Shown: positions 24,925 to 37,184 of the stretch, piece by piece
Layout: each line of letters begins with the position of its first letter
How positions within the stretch are numbered: position 1 is the first letter of the stretch
Assembly: GCA_951406725.2 (NCBI GenBank)
Contig: OX597819.1
Span: 13,330,001-13,394,000, forward strand
Direction of reading: 5' to 3'
DNA from: Octopus vulgaris
Taxonomy: Eukaryota
Length of the DNA: 64,000 nt
Notes under the pieces: generated by a model
Databases searched by the model: none
The model's input: only the letters and a program-made list of their open reading frames with translations
What the model was told of the DNA's origin: nothing
Program-made: the position numbers and the translations under genes

Positions 24925-25312
24925 GTGCAGGAGTGGCTGTGTGGTAAGTAGCTTGCTTACCAACCACATGGTTCTGGGTTCAGTCCCACTGCGTGGCACC
25001 TTGTGCAAGTGTCTTCTACTATAACCTCGGGCTGACCAAAGCCTTATGAGTGGATTTGGTAGACGGAAACTGAAAGAAGCCTGTCATATATATGTATGTG
25101 TGTGTATATGTTTGTGTGTCTGTGTTTGTCCCCCAACATCGCTTGACAACCGATGGTGGCATATTTACGTCCCTGTAACTTAGCAGTTCGGTAAAAGAGA
25201 TCAATAGAATAAGTACTAGGCTTACAAAGAATAATTTCTGGTGTCGATTTTCTCGACTAAAGGCAGTGCTCCAGCATGGCCGCAGTCAAATAAATGACTG
25301 AACAAGTAAAAG
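24925..25312 (+). mobile_element. SINE family A
   Basis: Full-length homology. Confidence 0.9.
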
Positions 25313-26488
25313 TATATTAGCAGTATTAATACCAAAAGATCATTATATCCAAGGATGGCTTAACTGGCCAAAACTTCAAAATCACTGTTAATAATGTTCT
25401 TGTTGAAGAATAATATATGTATATATCTACTATAATACTCTTGTGTTTTTCTCTGTCACAACATATGAATGAGAAAGGAAGGGGTGATAGATGAATAAGG
25501 AAGGAAAGGGTGATGGCAGACTGGTAGTGGGACTCTCTGTGAGTATGTGTGTGTGTATGTAAAAGGGGGGGGCAAGTGAATGTGTGTGCAACGCTGAAAA
25601 GAAAAATCAAACAGCGTTTCAACTTTGTGTGAGTATATGTGTATAAGTGTGTGCATGTACAAGGAATGTATGTGAATGTTTGTATGTGAACCAGTGTTCT
25701 TTCAGTAACAAACGATGATTGATGTCACATCTCAAAAAGCAACCACTAGATAACATTAACAAGTGTTTTAATTCGATTTACCATCCATATTTATATATAA
25801 AATACAACAATTAGCCGTCATGTTTGATGGTATGGGGCCAGCTATTATATATATAATTAGTAACCAAGTAATATCATGCTAATGATATTGCAGATATTTT
25901 CCTTTGTGTGACACAAAATATATAATTATAGAAGAACATTTATTCTAAAAATGATTTGTCTAATTTCTCCTCATCTCTTGCCCTTCATGCAAATAAAGAA
26001 GTTATTATTAACGGTAAAACTCCAAGCTTGTAGAGTTGTTACCATCTCAGACAAAATGCTTCATATTTTTCAGCTCTTTACATTTTAAGTTCAAACCCTA
26101 CCAAAGTTAACTTTGTTTTTTGCCTTTTTGGGATTGATAAAGTAAGTATGAGATGAGCTCTAGGGATGATGTAATCGGCTAGCACCCTCCTACAAATTTC
26201 AGGGCTTTTTGCTTGAGTGAGAGAGCAGCATACACCATCATGAGTACCCGGCTGATAAGGGTACACCTGGCCACATGCATCACAACCATATGTGTGCAAC
26301 ACAACGATCTCATATGAAGATAAACAGCACATGACCTTGCAGGTGGGACCCAGTTAGAATTTTCTTCAGGTCGAGTAGTCCGTCCCACTCAAAAAGGTCC
26401 TTGAATAAGGGTTAAGGATGTTAAATGAAACACCCTTGTTTTCAGAGGTGAATTATTCAAACCCCAAAGAATTCCTCTCAACACATGG

Positions 26489-26639
26489 CTATGTTGTTGT
26501 TATTGTTGCTGTTGCTGATGCTGTTGTTACTGTTGTTGTTGTTGCTGCTGCTGCTTCTTCTTCTTCTTCTCCTCCTCCTCCTCCTCTCCTCCTCCTCTCA
26601 TCCTCCTCCTCCTCCTTCTTCTTCTTCTTCTTCTTCTTC

Positions 26640-26688
<49 letters not shown>
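26489..26688. repeat. Compound trinucleotide microsatellite (TTG/CTG/CTT/CCT/ATT)
   Basis: Directly visible. Confidence 0.95.
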
Positions 26689-26691
<3 letters not shown>

Positions 26692-27192
26692 AGGGTGGAA
26701 TGGGGAAATCAATGGGTCGTCAATGAAATCCTTAGCAATGTTTATTTCTTTTCTCCTTGTTTCACGTCTCACGTCTGGGTCGACAAGGTATTTCATCCTT
26801 ATAGGTGGAGCAGAAATCAATCAAAATATTGCTGCTGATTTATGATTTAATCCACTACACACCTCACCTGTAAATTTGTTTATCTTGTACCTGTGTATCA
26901 GAAATCCTCCTCTTCCCTCTCCTCCTTATTAATATTATTAATGTGGTTGTTCGGTTTTACATAACAATTTGAATTAAAATTGTTTGTACCTCTCACTTGT
27001 ATTTTATTATGACAGAAACAAAAAACTGCTTTGATTCTGCATTCTGAATACAATTGAATACAATCTCTGGAGGGAATTAGTAAATATTCTTGTAAGGAAT
27101 TTGTTTGTGCCACAATCTAAACCAAAACATTTGCTAATTCCATCCTGTTTTATATTTTCTCAATAATAAGTCTTTTTACTGTAGGTACAGTA

Positions 27193-27612
27193 TAGGCGCA
27201 GGAGTGGCTGTGTGGTAAGTAGCTTGCTAACCAACCACATGGTTCCGGGTTCAGTCCCACTGCGTGGCATCTTGGGCAAGTGTCTACTGCTATAGCCCCG
27301 GGCCGACCAATGCCTTGTGAGTGGATTTGGTAGACGGAAACTGAAAGAAGCCTGTCGTATATATATGTATATGTAAGTGTGTGTATATATGTTTGTGTGT
27401 CTGTGTTTGTCCCCCTAGTATTGCTTGACAACCGATGCTGGTATGTTTACGTCCCCGTCACTTAGCAGTTCAGCAAAAGAGACCGATAGAATAAGTACTG
27501 GGCTTACAAAGAACAAGTCCCGGGGTCAATTTGCTCGACTAAAGGTGGTGCTCCAGCATGGCCGCAGTCAAATGACTGAAACAAGTAAAAGAGTAAAGAG
27601 TAAAGAGTAAGA
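27193..27612 (+). mobile_element. SINE family A
   Basis: Full-length homology. Confidence 0.9.
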
Positions 27613-27716
27613 GTACAAGGCTTGAAATTTTTGTGAGAGAAAGCTAGTTAGTTACATCAACCCCACTGTGCACAACTGGTACTTGTTTTATTGACTCCTA
27701 AAAGGATGAAAAGCTA

Positions 27717-28488
27717 CTTACTTGTACTTGTGGCGACATTCACCCTGGGTGGGTTGAGTCGGCTCCTTCTACCACCCTCAAGGCATCTAGAACCATGGCA
27801 GCCCACGCATGACGGTCCTGCGCCAGTTCACTGGAGATAGCGAGCCAGTCACAGTTCCATCGGCGCAGGCCAACCACCTGCGGTCCCCTGAGCACAGAGA
27901 GGTCCTCCTTGATCGTCGTAACCCAGGTCTTCAGCTGCCCGCCCGTGCGTTTCTGCCAGTTGGGAAGTGGAGTTGGGAGAAGGACATCACGGCTCAGTTC
28001 ACCCACCGGACGCCTACATGCATGGCCAAACCACCGCAAGCACCATTGCAGAAGGACAGATGGAAGGGGCCGCAGAGACGGGCAAAGTCGGAGATTGGTG
28101 GTGGGAACTCGATCCACCCGACGGCAGCAAATAATGCACCGGAGGCAGTCATTGTCGAAGACTTCCAGCCTTCGTTGATCGACCACCCGCATAGGCCACG
28201 TTTCACTGCCATAGAGAAGTACTGTACGAACGACGGCCTGATATATTCGCCCTTTGGTCACCGATGAGATCTCCCTTTGGCCCCACAGACACCGTTTTAG
28301 GCGTCCAAAGACAGATCGAGCAGCATTGATGCGATGATCGACCTCAGCTGTGCCCTGACCGTTTGGGATCACCGTTGAGCCCAAGTAGATGAAAGACTCC
28401 ACATCCTCCAGGTCCTCGCCCGCGAGAGATATTGGCTGCCAGATGTCAGTCGGAACCAACGACCTCATCACCTTCGACTTGGCAGCAA
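27717..28488 (-). mobile_element. 5'-truncated RTE-clade LINE inserted in a family B SINE
   Basis: The ORF contains FIYLGS, TKGRIYQAVVRTVLLYGSETW, LRWFGH and GGQLKTW. It has a (CAAGTA)n-like tail and a 12-bp TSD GATGAAAAGCTA at 27705 and 28489. Confidence 0.92.
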
Positions 28489-29484
28489 GATGAAAAGCTA
28501 AGTCTACCTTGGCACTTAAAGAACTGGGAGAAATGTTGTTAAGCATTTTGTACAGCATGGTTACAGTTCTGCCAACTTGCTGTCTTAATAATAATAATAA
28601 GAATCCTTTCTATTATAGGCACAAGGTCTGAAATTTTTGGGGAGGGAGTAAGTTGGTTAAATCAACCCCAGTGTTTCAATGGTACTTAATTTATCGACCC
28701 TGAAAGGATGAAAGGCAAAGTCATCCTTGGCGGAATTTGAACTAAGAACATAGTGACGGGCGAAATACTGCTAAGCATTTTGCCTGGTGTACTAACGACT
28801 CTGCCAGCTCATTGCCTTCCTAATAATAATAATAATAATAATAACAGTTTCAGTTTTTGGTACAAGGCCAGCAATTTTAAGGGAGTGGGGCAAGTCAGTT
28901 ATATCAACCCCAGTACTTGACTGTTACTTTATTGACCCTGAAAGAGTGAAAGATGAAGTTGGCCTTGGTGGAATTTGAACACTAAATAATATAATGAAAC
29001 AATGATATGGCTACTCCATGCTTTATGTGTATGTATATATATATATAGATGGCAAATAAGAAAATGGAGAGGATACAAAACGACATACATCATCCGATAG
29101 ACATTCCAGTGGGTCTATTTATTCCAAAGCATTAGAAAGTATTAGAAGAAAATATACACGTGTAGTAACTACTATGTGTTACATACACGTATTAATATTA
29201 CAGAAAAAAACAAAAAGTCAGTTCCTTACGACTGTTTCTGCCATCAGTATATTGGATAGGCACCATCCCTTGGTTGGTTTCCTAACCTCTAACTCTCACA
29301 GAAAATATATATATATATATAGAACCCATAGCAGCATCGAAAATGGATGTTAAATGATGATATATATATATATATATATCATCATCATCATCATTTAGCG
29401 TCCGTTTTCCATAGCATGGATCAACTGGGTCTGGGGCCGAATATATATACACACAGGACACACATACAAGTACTACACCCATTT

Positions 29485-29911
29485 CCTTTGTTTTGTGAGT
29501 TTTGTATTCTTTCCATTTTATTTCTTCAGCCTTATGTTGTAGCCCCCTTATGTTGAGTCAGTTTTAGAATTATTTTTATTTATTCAAAAATTAATTCTTT
29601 GTTTGGGCAAGCTGTCATGTGCTCTTGAGTTCATGTAAGTCTTATAACTACACACACACACACACACACACACACAGTCACATACACATACACTCTCTCT
29701 CCTTTGTTTTGTGAGTTATGTATTCTTTCCATTTTATTTCTTCAGCCTTATGTTGTAGCCCCCTTATGTTGAGTCAGTTTTAGAATTATTTTTATTTATT
29801 CAAAAATTAATTCTTTGTTTGGGCAAGCTGTCATGTGCTCTTGGGTTCATGTAAGTCTTATAACTACACACACACACACAGTCACATACACATACACTCT
29901 CTCTCTCTCTC
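29485..29911. repeat. Tandem duplication of ~216 bp of unique sequence
   Basis: 29485-29700 is repeated at 29701-29911 with few mismatches. Confidence 0.95.
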
Positions 29912-31320
29912 TAATGATGAGTTTATAGATCTGATTATATGTTTACTTGCAACTAAATGACCTTTGTACTTCAAAAAAAAAAAAATCTTTTTTTTCCCTC
30001 TGTGCAGTTTAATAAGAACATGTAACCTCTAAATCCAACCCAAGCTCTCTCTCTATCTCTCTCTCTCTCTCTGGGTTTCATCAGAATAAACATGAATAAT
30101 AAACAGATAACCACTGTGTCTTGGCAAATGAACTTCATGTCATTTAACACAAAATCTATATTGAATACATTGGTTTTATGGATTTGAAGTATGAGAGAAC
30201 CAAGGTTTTAGTTCATTCTGTTTTCTATCTCCGTTAATTACACACAAACACACACACACACACACACACTAGTTATTTATGTAATCAGATTAAATAGGTT
30301 TCATATAATGAAAGATGTAATTTCTGCTCAGTTACACAAACAATGTCATTGTTTTTACATCAGAAACCTAATTCCGGTCTCACTGTTTTCATATTTCATC
30401 TCTTTTAATGAGGGGTGGGGGTGTTCGTTGTTGATAGCCCCAGGTCAGTCCTGATCAGGGAAAAAACTTGTAGTCAGAGACAGTCTTGCTATGACCATCC
30501 TGTCTCATTAGACTGCATTATCCAAAATACCTTTTTTTTTATGTAATTTGAGAATTGTTTTGGCTATTTTTAGCCGGTCAGGCATCCATGAAGCCCCCCC
30601 CCCTGGTGTTATAATTTAGGTCAGGTGTAATGAAGCAGACCATTCAAGTCTTTCTGTCACTGTTACAGATTTTCTCAAATTATTTAGTGTCTCCCTTTTT
30701 AAAATGCAGAAGAGTGTGAATTGAGAATGATTTAGCTGTCATTTCTAGTAGAGGGATTGACCCTGTAGAGGCTCCATTTAGTTAAGATTAATGACTTTAT
30801 ACTCTCATTCTCCGTGAGAACAGTTAATTTTATTAACCCTCTCAACATCTGGCACAAAGCAGTCCCACGAATCCCCTCACAATATCACATCTCCCCCCCA
30901 TAATATCACACCTCGCCCCCCTCCCCCCGACAATACCACATCTCCCCATTCGGTTAAGTACTGTCTCATCTTATGAGCTACATTGCATCTTCACTAATGT
31001 TGGTGGCATGAGAAAAGCACCAAGTCCATTCTGCCTAAGGGTTGGGATTCGGAAGAGCATCCGACTGCAGGAATCAGGCCATAGCAGACGTTAGAGCTTG
31101 ATGCAGTTCTCTGGCTTTCGATTCCTGTCAAACTGTCCAACCCATACCAGCATGGAAAAATGGACGTTAAATGATGGTGACGATGATGTTAAATGGTGCG
31201 TGTTATAGTATTATCCAAAAGCAGTTCAAAGTCAGCATCAAGAGTCCTAAGTAAGACTTGTTATAAAAAGGCTTTGAACCAAGGAAAGAACATAGAAATG
31301 GTAGTGCTAGTATAGTATGC

Positions 31321-31551
31321 AGGCGGCGACCTGGCAGAAACATTAGCACGCCGGGCGAAATGCTTAGCAGTATTTCGTCTGCGTTACGTTGTGAGTTCAA
31401 ATTCCGCCGAGGTAGACTTTGCCTTTCATCCTTTCGGGGTCGATAAATTAAGTACCAGTTATGCACTGGAGTCGATGTAATCGACTTAATACCTAAGTCT
31501 GTCCTTGTTTGTCCCCTCTGTGTTTAGCCCCTTGTGGGCAATAAAGAAATA
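31321..31551 (+). mobile_element. SINE family B1
   Basis: Full copy with TSD AGTATAGTATGC (31309, 31552). Confidence 0.9.
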
Positions 31552-31564
31552 AGTATAGTATGCG

Positions 31565-31890
31565 GGCTTACCCCGCACGGTGTCAAAAAGGGATATCTAC
31601 CTTATCTTCCAGATATTTCAGAGATAAAACACTTCAGATATTTCAGGAATGATATAAATAAATCATCTGAGTCTTTCCTCATCTTCTTCCTGCAGAAACG
31701 ATCAAGGACAACGAAGTACAAGGCCTGTATTGTCCACCTCTGTCACGCTTTAGCTTTTCCTGCATGACAGCACCACATCGATGGCAGGGATCTGCTTCTT
31801 CTTGTGTATTCAGCAGATTGTAATCTTTTAAAAATGTGACTGCTGTTTCCTCTGTCAAGATGGCGTGTATAAAAATTTTTCAGCAACATA
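31565..31890 (-). pseudogene. Internally deleted Merlin/IS1595-like DNA transposon remnant
   Basis: The - strand gives ILTEETAVTFLKDYNLL..DPCHRCGAVMQ..VLRCP (CxxC zinc-ribbon-like) joined to DDLFISFL. A GG-initiated end GGCTTACCCCGCA lies at ~31565. Confidence 0.5.
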
Positions 31891-32549
31891 GGCGCAGGAG
31901 TGGCCGTGTGGTAAGTAGCTTGCTAACCAACCGCATGGTTGCGGGTTCAGTCCCACTGCGTGGCATCTTGGGCAAGTGTCCTCTGCTATAGCCCCGGGCC
32001 GACCAATGCCTTGTGAGTGGATTTGGTAGACGGAAACTGAAAGAAGCCTGTCGTATATATGTATATATATATATATATATATGTGTGTTTGTGTGTCTGT
32101 GTTTGTCCCGGGGTCAATTTGATTGACTAAAGGCGGTGCTCCAGCATGGCCGCAGTCAAATGACTGAAACAAGTAAAAGAGTATTTCATTGTAAGTGGAA
32201 AGGTGAGGTGAGGTGATAACAAGTTGTTTTTAAGGTAGATAACCCTGGCTATACTGTTTGACAACATGGTAGATCACATACTATACTAGTACCGAAATAG
32301 CAACCATATCTCCTATAAATTATACACTAACATCAACATCAGCATCATCATTTAATATCTGTTTTCCATGCTGGCATGGGTTTTTCCATGGCAAAGGTGT
32401 AGGAGTGGCTGTGTGGTAGTAGCATGCTTACCAACCACATGGTTCTAAGTTCACTGCGTGGCACCTTCAGCAAGTGTCTTCTACTATAGCCTCGGGCCAA
32501 CCAAAGCCTTGTGAGTGGATTTGGTAGATGGAAGCTGAAAGAAGCCCGT

Positions 32550-32583
<34 letters not shown>

Positions 32584-33145
32584 AGTGTGTCTGTGTTTGT
32601 CCTCCACCCCCAACATCGCTTGACAACCAATGCTGGTATGTTTATGTCCCCATCACTTAGCGGTTCGGCAAAAAGGGACCAATAGAATAAGTACTAGGCT
32701 TACAAGGAATAAGTCCTGGGGTCAATTTGCTCGACTAAAAGGCGGTGCTCCAGCATGGCCACAGTCAAATGACTGAAACAAGTAAAAGAGTAAAGAGAGA
32801 GAGAGAGAGACTGGAGCCTGGCCAGCTGGAGAACTGCCCAGGCTCCAGTTGTCAGTTTTGGTATGGTTTCTATGGCTGAATGCCCTTCTCAACATCAACC
32901 ACTTCGGAGCATATCAGGTGACTTTTGCTTGGCACCAGTACAGGTGCTTTCTTAAAAAAAAAATGAAGGCCACATTAGATAATATGGCTTTACATGTTGT
33001 TATGTCTGAAAAATGACAAGTCACAACTGGCCTTTGGTCTGTCTAGTTAGGAATCACTTGAGACGAAACGTGTAAAGACTACAACTGCTTTTATAATGTT
33101 AGCGCTCTGTCCCAACAGAAGGTCATGCATAATATAAAATAATTA

Positions 33146-33528
33146 TACATATATAAAAGTGAGGTTGTGTGCTGTCTGTCTCCTACAATTTAGATTCCTA
33201 ACTACTCCCACATTTTGCGGTGCAGTTTAACCAAAACCAGGTATCTTATAGTCGTGATTCATATCGAGCCCTTCGGGGTATTAGTGTGCGTTTACGATGA
33301 GTCTACGATTTAAAAAAAATTTATCATAAATTTTTCCCATTTTTAATGAATTTTTGGCATATATAAGGGAAGTAACTCTCTAAAAATTTATTATTAAATC
33401 TCAGAACGTAAAAAGCTACAGTAACAGTAGTTAGCCATATTGAGATGGCTATTATACTTTACATCTCTAAAAATGCTTATATAGTTATTTCCCTTACAAA
33501 TCCGAGCAACGCCGGACAATACTGCTAG
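33146..33528 (+). mobile_element. Non-autonomous Helitron
   Basis: 5' ATATATAAAAGTGAGG with (TGTC)n, and a 3' hairpin CCGAGCAACGCCGG followed by CTAG|T. Confidence 0.75.
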
Positions 33529-34005
33529 TTATACATATATGATATATTATCCAGTCCACACAGTAAAGTGGTTTGGCATTTGGAAGGGCATCCAGCTGTA
33601 AATACCTTGCCAAATCTGACCTTGCCTGTGTTTGTGCTACATAAAAAAGCACTAAGTCCTCTCTGCTGAGTGATTGGTGTTAGGAAGGGCATCCAGCTGT
33701 AAAAATCTTATCAAAACAGTCACAGAAGTCCGGTTCAGGTTTCTGCCTGGCCGGCTTCTGTCAAGCTGTCCCACCCATGCCAGCATGGAAGGTGGACGTT
33801 AAATGATGATGATGATATGTAACCTATATTATAGGTGAAATGCTTAGCAGTATTTTGTCTGTCTTTACGTTCTGAGTTCAAATTCCACTGAGGTCAACTT
33901 TGCTGTCCATCCTTTCGGGGTCAATAAATTAAGCACCAGTTGCATACTGGGGTCGATCTAATTGACTGGACCCCTCCCCCTAGATTAGAAATGAATATAT
34001 AATAT

Positions 34006-34211
34006 TCATATAGCATTGTAGTTAAGAGCGCAGGCTACTTACCCCAAGATTCCGAGTTCAATTCCAGGCAGTGACCTTAATACTTTAGGAATGAGAACCC
34101 AGGTTCAAAATTTCCCCAAGATGCCTGATGAAAGCTGAAGGGTATATCAGCCGAAACGTTAACAACAAACAAGATGAGGACAAATATCCATCAAATATAA
34201 ATAATGTAAAT
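34006..34211 (+). mobile_element. SINE family G (tRNA head plus hammerhead-bearing tail), copy 1
   Basis: tRNA-like head with B-box GAGTTCAATTC. CTGATGA at 34125, stem GCTG/CAGC, then GAAACGTT. A 16-bp TSD AATGAATATATAATAT sits at 33990 and 34212. Confidence 0.8.
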
Positions 34212-34462
34212 AATGAATATATAATATATATGTTTGGGTACTTGTGGGGTTTTTTTTTACTGTGTAATTGTTCTTAGTTAATTATTCAGCTACGGACATC
34301 AACTTCAAACAAATAATTTATATTTAGAAATAATCTTATGTTAACTTATTATTATTATTATTAAGGTGGTGAGCTAGGGTTGATGAAATCAACCAGTCCC
34401 ACGTCCCTGAGAATTTCAGGCCTTGTGACTAGTGCCCTAAAATTCACTCCATAATTGCCCAC

Positions 34463-34793
34463 GGGTAGATGGCATAGTGGTTAAGAGTGCGGGCTACTAA
34501 CCCCAAGATTCCGAGTTCGATTCCAGGCAGTGACCTGAATAATGTTAATAATAATAATAACAATAGTAATTAATTCATTTATTGACTACAAGGGTAATAA
34601 TAATAAGAAGAAGAAGAAGAAGAAGAAGAACATCGAAAAATACCTTAGGAATAAGAACACAGGTTTGAAATTTCCCCAAGACACCTGATGAAGGCTGATC
34701 AGCCGAAACGTGTTAGCAACAAACAAGATGAAGACAAATATCCATCAAATGCAAATAATGTACATAATTCCTCATCTCTTAAATATAGAACTG
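34463..34793 (+). mobile_element. SINE family G, copy 2
   Basis: A-box TGGCATAGTGG, B-box GAGTTCGATTC, (AAT)n/(AAG)n spacer, and GACAC-CTGATGA-A-GGCTGatCAGCC-GAAAC at 34680-34709. Confidence 0.8.
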
Positions 34794-35385
34794 TATTACC
34801 CACATATATGTTGGGCTTCTTTCAATTTCCATTTACCAAATCTGCTCACAAACTTTTTGTTGGCCTGAGACTGCAGTAGAAGACACTTGTTCAAGGTGCC
34901 ATGCAGTGGGACTGAACCTTGAACCATGTGGTTGAGAAACAAACTTTTTACCACACAGCCATGTCTGTGCCTACACACAAACACCCATTTAAAATGTATG
35001 TTTATATGTGTGGGTATATGGATGTGTGTGTTAGTTATAAATTGGCATCACTATCACACAAACAGTGTCGATATTTCCATGGGGAAATATCTTGCTTGGA
35101 AACAGACAAGAGTTGGTGACGGGAAGGGCATCCGGCTGTAGTTAATCTGCTTCAACAAATTCTGTCTTAACCATTCAAGCATCGAAATGTGAACATTGAA
35201 ACAATGATGATAATTTCAAGATTCTTTCAATCTTATATATTTTCCATGCTTTTTTTTTTTTTTTTTTAAAATGCATCACAAGTTGTAAACTGAAGAATTT
35301 ACCATTTTAGCCACATCTGAAAGAAATGTAATGTGGCCAGTGTAGGATTATTATGAAAATCCGCTTCAAGGAACCCCCAGAAATA

Positions 35386-35880
35386 CTGTAAATCCTCAAG
35401 GATAATCCGCACTTTTCCCCCAAAATTTAAAGGTCAAAATCCCTAGTGCGTATTATATACGAGGTTAAAAATGAAAATTATTTTCTAAGCAATATCCGAG
35501 TCTCTCTTTGCTGTCCGGCAATGTTTATTCAGACGCATTTTGTGATGTTGGGCGTGAAAATACCTTAAGCTAAACCTGAAAGCAATGAAGTCATAAAAGA
35601 ATCATCCATAACTTGCAATAAGCAACATTTATTAAATGTTATGACTGTTATTTCTTTATTTTCTGCAAACAAAATGCACAAAAAAGCTACACGTTTGCAT
35701 TATGTTATATATACAATAGTAATAAAGGACATTACCGTATACATTTTTACAAACCAAGGACGTTATATAGACCTCCTTGACTCAAGTTAGAGAAGGGGTG
35801 CGTATTATACACAAGGTTTAGGTTTTTCAGAGGTAGAGCCCCCTAAAAATCCCCTGCGTATTATACTGGAGGATTTGCGG
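35386..35880. mobile_element. pogo/Tc2-type MITE
   Basis: TA|CTGTAAATCCTCAAGGATAATCCGCA ... TGCGTATTATACTGGAGGATTTGCGG|TA, with internal TGCGTATTATA repeats. Confidence 0.75.
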
Positions 35881-36113
35881 TATGAAGTGCTTTCAAATTA
35901 GTAGGTGGGTGGTAACTTGAAATGGTAGCAACCTGAAATCTTCCGCTGGTTTATCTGCCATTTCTCTTGCCTATGTTTGTTTATATTTCATGAATATAAA
36001 CATGTGTATGTACATAGCCACTTACGTATCTATGATGAGGTTTTGGACTCTTTCTGTAATGAAACATTTGCACAAGGTGCTGTTTCGTTGAATTGAGCTG
36101 CAATATTCCTGAA

Positions 36114-36497
36114 AGAAATAGATAGAAAAGAGAGAGAGTCTTGCACCAAATATTGAACACTGCGTAGGGTACCACTGAGTGGGAACAGAAGTGAGTGTGT
36201 GACATTGTATTGACTAACAGACCTAAAATACTGCACAGAAACTCAACAAACACACATATATAATGATAAAGGAAATTGTTGTATACAGTGCTCAGGTGCA
36301 CTACAACAAAAAAGAAAAAAATGGCCATCAGGTGTACTGTTGGCGGATTTCAGGACACATGGAAGTTTTGAAGGATGTAGTGTATTGACAGCTAACAACT
36401 GATGCAGGTGGTTTATTCCATGCTTCTGCAATTCTGAGCATGAAAAATTGTTTCCGAAAGTCATGGGTGCTGTGTTGTTTTTTGATTTTATAAGCAT
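36114..36497 (-). repeat. Inverted duplicate of 44651-45031
   Basis: Near-identical reverse-complement match. The ORF track shows the same peptide at 36243-36497(-) and 44651(+). Confidence 0.92.
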
Positions 36498-37184
36498 AGA
36501 TAGAATGTCTTTAGATTAAAGGTCGTCTTGACCAATTTTGACCTGGGCTAAACAACAACCGCTGGGCGTTATTGTTGCCAACCATGTCAGCATAAAAAGA
36601 GACATTTTAACATTTCATTACAGTGTAATTAATTTGTATGGAATCATTAGAGAACCCAGAATAAAATTAGCTGCCTTATTGTCAGGTCAGCAAATATACA
36701 CAATAACTTTTATCAATTTAGCTTTGATACATTTGTGTCTAACTCACTCATACATGTCTCTTTTCTCTATTCTTTCTGAAGAGTCTGCTTTTAATTTTCT
36801 CTCCTCCCCCTTTCTCTTCTTTCCCTAACAACCACAATTCAATGATTTATGTGTAAACATTGAACCTGTTCGACCAGTAACCGAGAACTGTTATCACAAA
36901 TAATAAACCTGACTTGCTGAGATTAATGTGGGATTGTAAAGATCTACTTGATTGGTTCTGAAAATATGATTCTGTATTGAACACTAACAACCCTTCCTTC
37001 CCTTCTCCCTCTCACTCATCCTCACACTACAGAATCAATCATAGATCTTCTACATTAAATAGATACAGTAATAAACTTGTGAATTTCTTTTCTCTGCTTG
37101 TTGCTGCTTCACTGGCAAAATACATAACCTCCTGGGGATAGAACTTCCAAACTGTTGCCTGACAGCTCAATGTAGTAGCTTTAA

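Noticed and set aside
26418-26838. Poly-L/poly-Y/poly-N ORFs
   Set aside because: Trinucleotide repeat artefacts.
27740-28558. 272-aa ORF as an intact gene
   Set aside because: It is a 5'-truncated RTE C-terminus, and its start comes from the flanking SINE outside the TSD.
34463-34535. Functional tRNA gene
   Set aside because: There is no good acceptor stem or T-run terminator and it is fused to a repeated tail, so it is a SINE head. The same applies to the other tRNA-like heads.
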